From NCBI RefSeq assembly GCF_035594765.1, contig NC_085841.1:55907636-55971635 (forward strand): a DNA stretch of 64,000 nucleotides, in the 5' to 3' direction. The notes under the pieces were generated by a model, which was not told the DNA's origin, ran no database searches, and was given only the letters and a program-made list of their open reading frames with translations. Positions 11,999-26,056 of the stretch are shown here, piece after piece. This DNA comes from Anolis carolinensis (taxonomy: Eukaryota). A program made the translations under genes and the position numbers. Position 1 is the stretch's first letter. Each line of letters begins with the position of its first letter.

Positions 11999-13460
11999 TA
12001 CAACATTGGGTAGCTTTCCAAGTGTTTGCTGGATTATGTAATAATGAATGGAAGAGAGCCAAGTCATATACTGGTTACTTATGGGAATAGGACACTGATA
12101 CCAAGGTTCAGATCCCTGCTAATGGGCGTTGTTGTCCAGAACCATCCACATATTAAAGAAAACTAAGGTAGGGTGTAAGTAGTCAAAGTTAAGTGTCCTT
12201 GTCCCCATTCAGTTTATTTTACCAAATTCACTTCAATTACTGAAAATCAAGCACTTAAAATGAGACAATTTAAAAGAGCTATCATCAATATTCCAAGGAA
12301 GTTTCTTGTTGAAACAAACATATACCTAGAAAAACATCAGATATAAGAATTAAGAGCATGATTATATACCTTTGATTTTAAGGGAAGTCCCAAAAGCTGA
12401 AATTCTAAACAATAAACATCAAAATGCAAAAGCCCAAGAGCTGTTCCTGTTCCTCTGTTGCCTTCCCTGCCCCCAGATATCTCAACAATTTTAGGCGTAA
12501 CATAAAAAGAAAAAAGAAAACTCGGGAGGAATTCTTATTGCTGGAGACACACAATTTCAAATGCACAACTGGCTTCAGGTTATGCCTAATATTGGGTATT
12601 ATGACCTGTGATGCAATACAAAAGACTTGGCCGTGTTGCTGCCTACATTTTAATGGACTTAATCTTCCAAATGCTGACAAATTACTGCTCCAGGTCATTT
12701 AAAATCACATTTCTAATGCAATAATCCTATTTGCATTACATTGGCTTGGAATAAAATGATTAGGTGGCTGTGATTTTGCACTACAAAATTAAGTCCCTCT
12801 ACATTCTAGCTGTACGCATCCACAAATTAAAGTTGTGGGCAAAAATGGAATTCCATTATCCTGCCACTTGCCAAGATATCAGGAAGGCTATATTATTGTG
12901 CTGTCTTGGCTACTAATACTACTCTAAAGTAGGCACAAGCTAGCAAAGTCCTATTTCGTACATAAGCCGCAGGGCTTTTTTCATTATTAATCACATTAGT
13001 CAAGTATTTGACAACTGAACACTTTGAAAATGGAAAGCCTAAATTAAGAATATGTGAGCAAAAATGACAGAAAGCTTCAAAAATGTGTAATGACTTGCCA
13101 TCCATAATGCACATTGTCAAACACAGAAAAGAACAGACCAACTTCATCTCTCCTGCTTCCATCCATGGAATATAGCTCGAGCACTCACAGCTTAGTACTA
13201 AAGCTTGGAATATATACATTTTCGACTACATCTCCCAGAATTCTACAAGTAGCATGGCCAGCTGAAACATGGGCTTTGTTAATTTTCCCTTCACAACAGT
13301 AAAGGTGCTCTCTCTCGACATGCAAACTGGTTTGATTAAATACACAGCCCAATGAAGAAACATTATTGGTGTCTTGGGGTTTAAGCCTTAACTGGGGTTA
13401 TTTGGGGTACCGATTCAGAAAATTACATTGGATACACTGCATCAGCTCTAGTATCTTATA

Positions 13461-13537
13461 CAGGGTGTTTGAAAAAGAACTCCCTAGTTTTAAGTTAAAA
13501 CACATTAAAACTAGGGAGTTCTTTTTCAGACACCCTG
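13461..13537. mobile_element. 77-bp hairpin Tc1/mariner MITE
   Basis: 33-bp near-perfect inverted repeat CAGGGTGTTTGAAAAAGAACTCCCTAGTTTTAA; TA on both sides. Confidence 0.85.
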
Positions 13538-13949
13538 TATATGGTTACCATGGTTTTCTATGGACAAGCAGATGGCAACTGGTATATAGCATCTGTATAT
13601 CAAAAACTGATTTAGAAAATTGCATTGGATAGACTGCATCAGCTCTAGTTTCTTATATATCAGTGATTCCCAACATTTTTTTTGACCAGGGACCACTTGA
13701 CCAGGGACCATTTTGACCAGGGACCACTCTCCAACATTAGTACCAAAAGGGTTATGAATCAGTTTTTGGTCAACTTTAGATTTGGCTTGGTTATTTGGGG
13801 TGCTGATTCAGAAAATTGCATTGGATAGACCACATCAAGCGCTAGTTTCAGATACAGATCATATGCCATCCAGTAGTCATCATCTGCTTGCCCACAAAAA
13901 AAACATATTAAATAAGCCTCAGCACTAAAAGAGGGTTTCGCAAGACTGT

Positions 13950-14748
13950 AAAAATAATAATATTAATAATTATTATTATTTTATTTTTATGCCCCGCCCC
14001 ATCTCCCCAAGGGGACTCAGGGCGGCTTACATGGTGCCAGGCCCAGGCAACAAACAATATAAAACTCAACAATAAAAACAAATCATAAACAGATAAAATC
14101 ACATGTACCAATAAACAATAAACATACTTTGGTAAAATTCTGGGTTGGCTCCTAAAAGGGAAAGTGGGCTAGAAAAGTGCGAATACAGTAGAGTCTCACT
14201 TATCCAACATTCTGGATTATCCAATGCATTTTTGTAGTCAATGTTTTAGAATCATAGAATCATAGAATAGTAGAGTTGGAAGAGACCTCATGGGCCATCT
14301 AGTCCAATGTATTGTGATATTTTGGTGCTAAATTCATAAATACAGTAATTATTACATAGCATTAATGTGTAATGAACTACTTTTTCTGTCAAATTTGTTA
14401 TATAACATGATGTTTTGGTGCTTAATTTGTAAAATCATAACCTATTTTGATGTTTAATAGGCTTTTTCTTAATCTCTCCTTATTATCCAACATATTCGCT
14501 TATCCAACATTCTGCCGGCCCGTTTATGTTGGATAAGTGAGACTCTACTGTAGTTTTGTACGATGCAAATTAGGAGAGAGATAGGTACCAGGGACTATTA
14601 TCCCATTAAAGTGCTGGAGAAGGCATACACCTAAAGACTATGTACGGCTAAGGAGTAAAAATACTATAAAAATAGAATAGACAACAGGGCAATCCCAAAC
14701 TAAGGAAATCAGTCGCCAAAAGCCTGTTGGAAGAGCCAAGTTTTCAGA
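13950..14748 (-). mobile_element. L2 LINE 3' end
   Basis: Minus strand reads LKTWLFQQAFGD*, then 3' UTR with GTAAGCCGCCCTGAGTCCCC stem and (AAT)n tail. Confidence 0.8.
14186..14550. mobile_element. Tc1/mariner MITE copy containing a ~60-bp CR1 3' tail (14247-14307)
   Basis: Same TIRs as 3045-3367, TA flanks; internal TAGAATCATAGAATCATAGAATAGTAGAGTTGGAAGAGACC. Confidence 0.9.
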
Positions 14749-14866
14749 CTAGTCGCTCTCGTTGCAACGCTATAGTTGCGGTGAGACCCCAGACCATATT
14801 TTAGTTGGGAAATATTGTTATACATGGTTACTGTGGTTTTCTATGGAAAAGCAGATGACAATTGAT

Positions 14867-15133
14867 TTTTTTTTTTCGTGTCAGGAGCAACTTGAGTCGT
14901 TTCTGGAGTGAGAGAATTGGCCGTCTGCAAGGACGTTGCCCAGGGGACACCCAGATGTTTTTGATGTTTTTACCATCCTTGTGGGAGGCTTCTCTCATGT
15001 CCCCACATGGAGCTGGAGCTGATAGAGGGAGCTCAACCGCACTCTCCCCGGGTGGGATTTGAACCTGGCAGCTTTCAGGTCAGCAACCCAACCTTCAAGT
15101 CACTTAGTCCACTACGCCATCTGGGGGCTCCAT
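14867..15133 (-). mobile_element. Anolis SINE2-like SINE, full length
   Basis: tRNA-like head at right, 3' end TTGCTCCTGACACG-polyA; 12-bp TSD atgacaattgat. Confidence 0.88.
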
Positions 15134-15337
15134 ATGACAATTGATATATGGCCTCTATATCTCAAAAACTAGTGCTGGTAGGGAGAAACTGGTGTCATTT
15201 TTGGAATTAGCAGATCAAATATACCCAGAAACAGGTCTAACATCTGAGGCACAAAAATGTAAAAATGAATTGTAAAGATTTTTCTTTTCTTTGTAACAAA
15301 TTAATAGTAATGTAATAAAAATATTCCAAAAAAAATA

Positions 15338-15869
15338 TGAAAGGACCAAGGCAGTGACATCTCCGGCCCATCCCCTGTTCAGATATCAGCCAGCATGCCA
15401 GTGCCTTAAATCAAGAAACAGCTTCCTAAGATCTACAGAGACACTTGCAGAAACACCTCAGCAAGCGAGAGTCCAAAGATGGCAGGCTAAAACCTGGAAC
15501 CTCAATCCATGACTGATACAGGATGAGAAACTCTCTCCTGGTCACACAGAAAACTGGGCGTCTTGGAAGGCGCTGAAAAGGCTGAGCTCTTGCACCGGGA
15601 TGCAGAGCCAACCTGAAGAAATGAGGCCACAAAGTGGAGTCCACGACATGCGAGAGTGGAGAAAAACAAACCACGGGCCACTGACTATAATGCAACCTGA
15701 GCCCTCCCACATGCACAATGGAGGACTTCTTACAGCAACACCAAAGGCACTCCAAGTGGCCAGCTTCTGGTCAAAGAACGTTTAGTATAATGCCAAGTTT
15801 TTAACCTTGTTTGTGTTTTTAAATACATGATAACTGCACTCTCAATTTGCTCCTGACACAATAAATAAA
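15338..15869 (+). mobile_element. Vingi LINE 3' fragment
   Basis: Decayed ORF with HPLF, LKSRNSF, WKALKRL and C-terminal Cys/His region; ends TTGCTCCTGACACAATAAATAAA. Confidence 0.8.
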
Positions 15870-17280
15870 CTGCAATTTAAAAAAAATGTGTGTTAGTGTT
15901 CTTTAAACATTGCTATCTTTGCCATATCACTTTAATCTTATAGAGTAATACCACCAAATCTCATTAAATAACATAATATTTGGTCCCAATATACCATAGA
16001 ATTGCATTGGAGGACATAGTGATTCCTAGGTAGATATCCTTTGAGTCTACCTAGCTGTTTCGAGTCTCCTTATGGAGAGAAAAAGTGGGATATTATAACA
16101 ACAACAACAACAACAACATCTCTAAAAATTTGCTTGGTTCTCTAATGCAACTCTAGGGAAATATGTCATAAAATCTCTTGGGGAACCTAGCAAATTTGTA
16201 GACAAACCATTTTGACTCTGTGGATATGAGTTCCATGGTGATGGGGTTTTAATAGCAGAATAATGAATGGTCTTTTCTTCTAAGCTATACTGGGGAACTG
16301 AGCCTTCAAAATTTTAAATGGTTAAGTTAAAAACTGATTCTATAATTAGAAGTCAGCTTTGTGTGACACAAATAAAAATTAAGTTCCTAAATCCTCCTCT
16401 GTTGACATATTGTGAGTGAATGTTTCTTATTAAAAGTTAATGCTCCACACTTCAGTGATAATGACCAACTAGTCAAAGGTACCCTTGTTCCAGGTTAAGC
16501 AATCATTTCCTTCATACCAAATGTAATGGTTGGCTGCATAGTTTCATATGCAAAGGTCAATCAGGTCACATGACAATAAAATGCACAATTATGAGATGTT
16601 ATGGTATATACATAAATATACACAAATTGTGTACCCATACACACATGGTTGCTCTGTTCCGTATTATATAGAAGTTACATAGGTGCACAGTTAATAAACA
16701 ACATTTCCTATTGCTGCTCAAATGTCTAGTGGATTATTATATTCACCCTTACCATATCTTTAACGGTCCATTCAAGTATCCAAGTAACGTGAATTTTAAG
16801 TAAGAAATAAGTGCAAATTGTAAAATATATATTGCTGACTATGGTAATAAGGCTCTTTTGCTGACAGCAGTTATGAGAGCTAATGAAATTTCCAGGCTGC
16901 TATCAGCGGGAGTCCTAAAAAAACCTTGAAAGTCAGCTGGATTCATGAATGATAAATGGCCAAGGATTGAAACACATATTTGATTATTCTTCCTATAGGC
17001 TACCCCGACAGTTGTATGCTACCAGAAATAACTTCTATTATGAAGGAAAATATACTTTGCATAAATCAAGCTCATCTTGTTCTTATTGGATTCAGTAGCA
17101 AGGCAAACACTTAAAGTCATAGAAAATATATAAAACCAACTAGCTAGACATGTATGTCATCGATATGCACTCACAAATACAGACGCAGACGCTTATTAAC
17201 AGATCTCACTCAATTTGTCCTATAAAGCACCAACTCATATATTTTGTTAATCCAGAACCTGAGAACATGATACCTATATA

Positions 17281-17575
17281 CAGTAGAGTCTCACTTATCC
17301 AATGTTCTGGATTATCCAACACAGTTTGCCTTTTAGTAGTCAATGTTTTTGTAGTCAATGTTCTCAATACATTATTCATAAATACAGTAATTACTACATA
17401 ACGTTGCTGTGTACTGAACTGCTTTTTTCTGTAAATTTGTTGTAAAACATGATATTTTGTTGCTTAATTTGTAAAATCATAACATAATTTGCTGTTTAAT
17501 AGGCTTTTCCTTAATCCCTCCTTATTATCCAACGTTCTACCGGCCTGTTTATGTTGGATAAGTGAGACTCTACTG
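17281..17575. mobile_element. Tc1/mariner MITE copy
   Basis: Same TIRs as 3045-3367, TA flanks. Confidence 0.9.
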
Positions 17576-18805
17576 TATATAAAACGGAGATTCGATATTA
17601 ACTTCATTAAGATCCTAGCTGATCATAAGCAGAACTAGCCAAACTCATACAGCAGGCAAAAAGGGAAACACGGCCTGTTCCGTATGCTCTTTTGCTTTGA
17701 AATACGTGACGTAATAGCAGAAAAGGGGTACACAACTGGGGATACGACTTTTTAGCAGCCCCACACAAATTTTGGCTTATCATATTGCCTGTTATATTTT
17801 ATTGTTCACAAGCAACATTCCATTTATCACCACTGGTAATAACCAGGGAATTTACCAGGGGAAAAGTTACTTATGATCAACTAGAATCTAAGTACAGTAC
17901 AATAGTTATTCCCTAGAATAAATCCAATGGATCAATAAGGCCCTCATGAGTCCAACCTTATTTAAACTTCATTGTTTCAATGTGTTTTCTCCATTTGGGA
18001 TATTGCTGAGAACATCGCTCCCAAGTGTTTTAAAAGCAGCCTTCAGTTTAATCTTTTTGCTCCCTTAGGCTCTGTAATAGCCAGAATGGCTTGTTATGGT
18101 GCTAGTTGAAATCTCACTAATTCTGGCTATTCTGCTCAGAACATGCAATTCCCCGCATTGCCCATCCAACACAGCCAGGATGCTGGTGTCTGGAGTCTAA
18201 AAACAAATTCCCATGATTTTGTTGATGGCACATTACTTCCAAAATACTATCTCACAAAATGGCTAAGTGAGTAGGGCATAACAATAATCAACACGATGCA
18301 GATCTACATCCCACATATCATGGTTTCTGTGGATATTAAGTTACAACAGGTTTTTATCAGGAGGCAAAGTGATCTGGCTGGATATGTTGCAAGCAGTTTT
18401 CAATAACAGCCACTTTCGCTAGAAGCAATAAACCAGAATGCCCCTTCTCAAAACGTTTGAGAAGTGAAAACTGAGGAATCCCGGTAAAGTATCATTCTAG
18501 ATGTCTTTGTTCTTGTTAGTTTCTCATTATCCTATCCACACCTGCTGTCGAGAGGAAGCAAGCAACATAGATCTGCACAACAACAAACAATTTTGGAATC
18601 CTGGCTTGGAATCCATTTCCTTTATTTACATGAATATTGGAAAAAACATAATGTAGGAGCCAATGTCTGAAGACTTCAAATGTTGATGACCAACAATTCT
18701 CAAAAGTTTGTACTTCTGCCACTAAAAGTCCCTAAAGAGTTCAACTGTAGTGTTTTTCTCTTTGACTCTATATATCTGTTATATGTATTATTAATCAGTT
18801 CCTAA

Positions 18806-19140
18806 AGAGCCCTGATGGCGAAGTGTGTTAAAGCACTGAGCTGCTGAACTTGCAGACCGAAAGGTCCCAGGTTCAAATCCTGGGAGCGGAGTGAGCGCCC
18901 ACTGTTAGCTCCAGCTTCTACCAACCTAGTAGTTCGAAAACATGCAAATGTGAGTAGATCAATAGGTACCGCTCCGGCAGGAAGGTAACGGCGCTCCATG
19001 CAGTCATGCTGGCCACATGACCTTGGAGGTGTCTACAGACAACGCCGGCTCTTCGGCTTAGAAATGGAGATGAGCACCAACCCCCAGAGTCAGACATGAC
19101 TGGACTTAACGTCAGGGGAAACCTTTACCTTTTTTACCTA
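18806..19140 (+). mobile_element. Sauria SINE
   Basis: Full head, body and ACCTTT tail; colinear with 11672-11998. Confidence 0.92.
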
Positions 19141-20721
19141 TTAAGAAGGTTTCACTGTAGTATATGATCTGATAATATTTCTATATAGCTCTTGTATCTA
19201 GATATGTGTTACAGTAAAATACCTACAGTATGTTTAGTATGTTCAGGTACTCCAGATGTTCAGCATTTAATACTTCTGCAAGGCAAGTGTTGTCCTTTAA
19301 CACCATAGCCATTCCTGGAACACAACCGTCATTTTTTTAGAATTCAAGTTTTTTTTCATATTTAATACTTGAAAATAACGTTTGACCATGAATCGTTCAT
19401 GCAACCTCAAGATTAAAGACAGCCATTTCAGATCATCCATATTTTTATTTCAAAGAGCACTGTAAATAAATTGTGATGAATACAATTCAAGAAACAAGTG
19501 CGAAAGATCCTTCAACCACATTCTCCCTGTTTTCACTTGATACCTCTTGATGCAAACTACCAAAGAAAGCTCTTTGAAGTGGAAGAGTAAATATTATCAT
19601 TTGATAACACTTGGACCTGACAGTGCTAGCTGACTGGCAGTGTGTCACATTTATGCAACCCACTGGTGCTACAACATTTACAGGGTTACTATGGAAGAAA
19701 AACACGCTTACAATGCCTTATAACACTCCAGTAACACAAAAATCCCCGATGAGAGCTTCTGCAATTTTTAAAACCTTTTGTGCAATCCATATGACAATCC
19801 CACTTCAATACTTGCAAAGAGTGACTGAAACGTGGTGGGTGGAGGCAGGTTTCAACAAGCAGTTATATGAAGTCCAAATAAAGAATACAGCATTTAAAAG
19901 GTCTAATATTATATGCAGAACTCTTCTCGTAATACACTACACAGAAAAACATTATCAGGGTGCTTTTTTCTGTACCAGAACACTTTCCTCACTGGAAACC
20001 ATGATTTTGGATATAATATCTCTATCTCTTAAGCACAGAGGAACAGGTCCATGACTATTCAGTTTGTTGACGCTAAGAGGCACTCCCTTCTTTTTCTTCA
20101 CTGCAGGTTCCCTAGGTTAGACTCTAATTCTGAAAGCTGGGGTCCTTTCACACCACCTAGTTATAGCTTCTTCATTCTGTCCATCCATCTAAAACAAAGT
20201 GTTCTAAGTATCAGAAGTCAATGTTTATGTGAATGTGACTGTGGACACTGCAACTTTCATGAGATGGCACAGTGCCGTGGTTTCACCATAGGACTATGGC
20301 CCCAGGAGAGCAAGGTTTGAATATTCCTCTAGCCATGAAAACCCAGCGGATGACCTTGGTCACGTAACACTCTCTCAGCCTCAGCGGAAGGCAAAGGAAA
20401 AACTGCCTCTGCAGAAATCTTGCTAAGTAAAGCCCATCGTAGGGGTCATCATGAATTGCCTTACAGTCACTATAAATCATACTCAACACACTGATGTGCT
20501 ATTTGTAGCAAACATGAAATTTTAAAAGTGGTTTTAATTTGCAATCATATTTTGAACTATCTTCCCTTTTAATATATTAAATGTTGTACTTTTTATGCCC
20601 AAATTATGTATAATACATTTTAAGTCTGCAAAAAGGGAGGTTAATGTTGTAAATTTTTGGAAATTAAAAATAATGCGGGAGGAGCATGTAACTTCTGAAA
20701 AAAAACCATCCTATTTTTATA

Positions 20722-20948
20722 ATCAAGTCGCTTGCAAGTCGCTTCTGGTGTGCGAGAATTGGCCATCTCCAGAGACGTTGCCTAAGGGATGGCAGATGTG
20801 TTACTGGGAGACTTCTCTCATGTCCCCGAAAGCTAGAGCTGATAAACAGAAGCTCACTCCGTCTCGCGTATTCAAACCGGCAACCTTTTGATCAGCAACC
20901 CAACCCTCAGGTCAGCAGTTCACAAGAATTCAACCCATTGCGCCACCC
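20722..20948 (-). mobile_element. Anolis SINE2-like SINE, decayed
   Basis: Similar to 14867-15133 (CAAGTCGCTTCTGGTGTG...GAATTGGCC...CTTCTCTCATGTCCCC). Confidence 0.7.
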
Positions 20949-22309
20949 ATTCTCTGACCATACCCTTATCCCATCAATATCTGTATATTCCTAGATAACA
21001 ATCAGATGCACTTTATAAGAGAAACTAAATACTAAATAAATAATATGCCATCTTTTGTGTGCAGTTACAAGCATTGCTATTAAATAAAAATGTTTTCATT
21101 TTCTAATGGAAGAGATCAATTACAGTAATGTTTTATTGTTTCACTATAATGTACAGGTTGCTTCAGTACTGTTTGACACACATCACTCATTGTATCCACA
21201 AACACAGAATTTTTCACAGTCACAGTTAAGAGATTGGAATACAAATTTCGTGTGGAAGAACATGTGGGCTAAAATTTACAACTGAAAGATATCCCTTCAA
21301 GGACACCTGTAAAGGTGTCACTAGTATATTACCAGTATTGCCATGTGACTGATGAAACATACGGTCAATCATGATAATTCTTCAGATTAAGACTTACCTT
21401 ATATCCTATTGTTAGTCTGGGCTGGAATTCAATCAATGGGATTTGGGTACATGTTGACTCACCATTCAAGAATTCAACAGGTCTAGTTTAATTGGGACTA
21501 CTCAAGGATTCAACGGGTCTAGTTTAATTGAGACTAACAAGCAAGATGCCAGCCAACATATGGCACTTATTTACACCATCTCAGACTACAAGAAGTTTAC
21601 AATTGTCTGTTATTAAAGGCCTCGTATTCAGATAAGTCAATTCAATCAAGGAAGTAGTGGACCTTCATGCGCACAATCTTATCAGCGCGTTTAATAAATA
21701 GAAGGGTCTCTTGGAGGGCTTTCATTCATAGGGCCACCATAATTCAAAACCAACATGACACCATATAACAGCAACAATACCCTGTGATTTCCTCACTGCA
21801 AAATACAGAAGTTATGAACATGGTAAATAGCAGTGGATTGGCCTTGACAATTTAAGACTAATTTCACTTCTTTGGTACTCTTCCAGCCACCTGCCGCATC
21901 ATTTGTTATATTGATTGTTACAAATTTATCCAACTGCTTACTGAGCATCCTGTATTTCCTCCCAGTAACCCAAGGTAAGCATACACCGTTCTCTGTGCTC
22001 TCTTATGTTTATTCTTACAACAACCCTATGAGATCAGGCTAGGATGCAGGGTGCACCCAACCTATAGAATGAATTACACCACTTTAACTGCCATAGTACA
22101 ATGCCATACAATCCTGGGATTTGTAATCTGGTGAGGCACTTGCACTCTTTGGTGGAGAGGGCTAATGCAAAACTACAACTTCTAATTAAAGTGGTGTTAA
22201 ACTGTATTTTTCTACAGTGTAGGTATGCAATTGAATCAAGGTCACTCAGGCTGGATCTATACTGACCATATAATCCAATTTGAAACTGCATTATATGGCC
22301 AGTGTAGAC

Positions 22310-22436
22310 CAGGCCAGCACAACCTGCGGCCCTCCAGGTGTTTGGGCCTCCAACTCCCAGAAGCTCTAGCCAACTGTTCAGGAATTCTGGGAGCTGAAGT
22401 CATAACACCTGGAGGGCCACAAACTGTGCAGGCCTG
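22310..22436. mobile_element. hAT MITE inserted into a short Harbinger-like MITE (about 22248-22446)
   Basis: CAGGCC...GGCCTG termini; TSD gtgtagac/gtatagac. Confidence 0.8.
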
Positions 22437-23876
22437 GTATAGACCCATACTGAAACTGCAGGCCTGGTCTTTAAATATATTCCTGGACTTGTTTCCCAAT
22501 TTAGACCAGCAACGAGGAGATTATAACATAGAAACTTTATTTCTGCAGAAGCACAAGCCACGGCAGCTCTGTAAAGGCCAGAATGCCATAGCCATTTCCA
22601 AGATGGGTGCCCTTATATATAAGTTTATCTTGGTTACACTTTCTACATTAACATTTCTTCACCCCCTCCCCATGCTCCTCTCATTCCACCTCCTTTCTAC
22701 CCTGGGCTCCATCCCAGCTTTTGTCCCTCCTTCAACTCCACCTTCCTCGTTCATTCTCCACCCAATGAAGTCACTGTTTTCTAGTTCCCACTATCTTATC
22801 TTTTCGGGTTGCTGCCTGGAGCGTTGAGGGTCAGAGTGCCCCATTGCTGTGAAAACCTAACTCTCCGCATTTCAGCATCCTTACTCTTACCAACTCCCCC
22901 TCCCAACTCTGCTGTGTTACTGAATCAACATTTCAAATTGACCATTTAATACAGAAATTATTTTTCTAACAATTACTAAAAACAGCCGGTAAGCTGTTAG
23001 GAATTGTGGAAGTTGAAATCCAAAACACCTGGAGGGCCCAAGTTTGCCCATATCTGGTCTATAAAGATTGAATTTTATGGCAGTGTAGATGTCAGCCCAT
23101 CTGATTATGTATTCTTGTTCCTTCTGGTTGTTGTGATTGCTTCTTATGGTCTTCACTGTTTTATGAGTTGTATAGGTCTTTAATTTTGTTTAATAATGTG
23201 TGTATTGTGTTGCTTGTAATGTATGTTGCTGTTTTTATGCTTGTAAACCGCCCGAGTCCCTTCGGGAAGAGAGGGCGGTATATAAATAAAGTTTTAATTA
23301 CTAACTTTTTTTTACTTACAACTGCGGTGAGTTTTCTTTGTGAAGATTTAAAGCTGGATCTCTCTAGCCTTAATTCAGCTACTAATCAACATGGGCTCTC
23401 AGACATTTCTCCTAATGTATCATAGAGACTACTGTGACATCTATCCCTTTCTGCACAAATGAAATAGCCACTTCAACAATCCAGGTGCCATTTTACTGAA
23501 AGAAGCTTAATGCAGATGCCTGCTGGTATATAGCTTTAGAAATGTGCCAAAGGTATATTAGAAAACTCTCGTAGAAATTCTCAGAAAATTGTGGTTTGCT
23601 ACATTGCATACAGAGCCACGCCAAAATGTTGGGGGAAGAACGGCAATAGGGAGTATCTCTGGAAGCAATGCTTGATTTAGATACATGAGAGCACAGGACT
23701 ACAAAATTCAAGAATACAATAAGATTAATTAAAGTTAAGATTATTTTGAAGGACAAAACAGAAAAATACAGAACTGTGCCACTCCTGCTTTCGATGGTAT
23801 AGTAGCCTTTTCAGCTGTGAAACACAGATGACAGCATGAATTCAGATGCCTAACAAAAAAAGCATAATGTATAGAA

Positions 23877-24356
23877 CAATGGTTCTCAACCTGTGGGCCG
23901 TGGCCCAGCAGTGGGCCACAAGAACAAAAATCCGGTCCACGAACCTTCTTCCTCTTTATTAATTTATTGTATTTTATTTCCGCTCCTTTCCGCAAAGCTG
24001 ACCATTGCATTGGATAGACCACATCAGCTCTAGATTATTAAATATGATTTTTTGTGGGTGAGAAGACGGTGACTACTGGATGACATATGTTCTGTATTAG
24101 AAACTAGAACTGATGTGGTCTATCAAATGCAATTTTCTGAATCAGTACCCCAAATAATCAGACCAAACCTAAAGTTGACCAAAAACTGATTCGTAACCTT
24201 TTTGGTACTAATGTCAAAGAGTGGTCCCTGATCGAAGGGGCCCCTGGTCAAAGTGGTCCCCAGTCAAGTAGTCCCCGTTTAAGTGGTCCCTGGTCAAAGT
24301 GTTCCCTGGTCAAAGTAGGCCTTGGTTAAAAAAAAAAAAAAGATTGGGAACCACTG
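23877..24356. mobile_element. hAT MITE related to 13661-14817, opposite orientation
   Basis: CAATGGTTCTCAACC...TTGGGAACCACTG; TSD gtatagaa on both sides; ~15-bp tandem AAGTGGTCCCTGGTC units. Confidence 0.85.
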
Positions 24357-26056
24357 GTATAGAAGAATAAAGCTACAATTCTATAACATGAACCTGGAAG
24401 TAAGTCCCATTTAATGCACTAGGACTTATTTCTGCAGAACACACTGAATGTAATCAACATTTATGTGTGCACAGTAATAGACTGCATCTTTGTGTTCCAC
24501 AATGCTGTACAGTCATTTGAAAAGCTCAAAATTGTATCAAGTAAATGGCTCTTTTATATATATTACACATTCTACTTTTACAAAGTGTTCAAACAATCTT
24601 GCATTAATGCCTTGCTGTGAAGGCAGATCACAGCAATTCCCATCTATGATCTTGGTAAACAAAAGGCCCATTGTAAAACCCACTCACCCTCTCAGTAGAG
24701 TCAGTAACCTATAGCTAGGCCATAAAAGAAAATACTGTACACATAGAATACTACCCTCTTGGAGCAAAGGGTTTTCTCTTATATTTAATTTTCCAAAAAA
24801 AAATGAAGCTTTTCTTCAAAATAAATATTTTTAAACAATGGTATACATCTTAACTGAAACTGGAAAAGGTGCTAATTTACTGTATCCACGGTGAGTGCTA
24901 ACACCACATGGTAAATAGAACTACATCAAAGTGTGGCCCTAGAAGGCTCCCCCATATAGCTGTTGTTTCTCCCCATAACTGCTCCACCATTTTTCTATTA
25001 TTATTTTTAAAGCATGAAATTTCTCTCCTGAAGGCTTCCAGAATTCACAGTGAACATGGCCAAACTTGAATCACATCCATCCAGCCTATCTCAGTCTTAT
25101 TATTTTGGATGGAGGGATGTAGAGACTTTTTAAAAATCTTGTAGTACCTGTGATGTAGCCTGGACTCAATATCTAGGGCTCGACAAACAAAGAGCCTCCA
25201 AAATGCCTACACTGACTGAAAGACCCTTGGATCAGCACTTTGGGTGAACATAAGTATAACAATCTTTTTCCAGACAGATGCTTAAGAATGTTGCTTTTCC
25301 TTTCTGTTCCTAAATCACACTGTTGTGGGGGGGGGGGGGTGATGATTGGCATGGACAGATACTCATTTTACTTGTGCTGTGTGTCCTTTAAAAATAAGTA
25401 ATCCCTTTCCACAATAAAATTGTGCTTATTTCCATGTAAATATTGGTTAGCTTCTGACCAGAAATCCATATGATTCCTAGAGGCACTATGATTTCAGTGT
25501 ATTTAAAATGCCAAAGTGGAAGCTGTCAAAGCATGCATATTTTTATTTATTCTCTTTAAAGCAAATCTAGTAGCAACAGAGAAGCACCTGTAAAATGTTT
25601 GGGCTGCTGGTTTTCACATAATCTACACTGTAAAAGACCCATCCAAGGTGCAATATCAAGGATTGAGCACCATGGCTAGCTTTTTTTCCAGGTTTGGACT
25701 CAAAGGCAGAGCGAATTTGGCCACTACCAACATCCAAGCATCAAAGGGTGGCTGCGGAGCCTTAAATCTGAAATGCCCGAAGCACAGTGGTATCACTAAG
25801 GTAAGTGCCACACTCCTGGTGCCACCACGTTGACCCCCTCTCAGACCAGAATCCTTAATGTTTCTTATAGCTGAAATACCAGAAAATTTGACAAGCTTAG
25901 ATGACTATCAAAAACAGCTGTAATGAAAACAACAGAACGTGCAGATGAAACCACGTGGTTTGAAGTGTCCTAATACATGAGTGCTCTGGCTGGAGCACAT
26001 ATGCATTAGAAGGTTCAAAAAGTAAACTCGAATAGAATTTTACCCTTACAGGTATA

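Larger units (their letters stand above)
13661..14817. mobile_element. hAT MITE interrupted by L2
   Basis: TIR CAGTGATTCCCAA / TTGGGAAATATTG; TSD ttatatat/ttatacat; tandem TGACCAGGGACCA repeats. Confidence 0.75.
13343..15260. mobile_element. Chapaev-like non-autonomous DNA element hosting nested insertions
   Basis: Begins CACAGCCCAA; repeated GATTCAGAAAATTGCATTGGATAGAC/CATCAGCTCTAG motifs; host sequence resumes across each insertion. Superfamily from recall. Confidence 0.5.

Noticed and set aside
21470-21540. Local ~37-bp tandem duplication
   Set aside because: Two copies only; ordinary slippage duplication.
22225-22827. 200-aa ORF
   Set aside because: Runs through two MITEs and pyrimidine-rich sequence; no domain or splice support.
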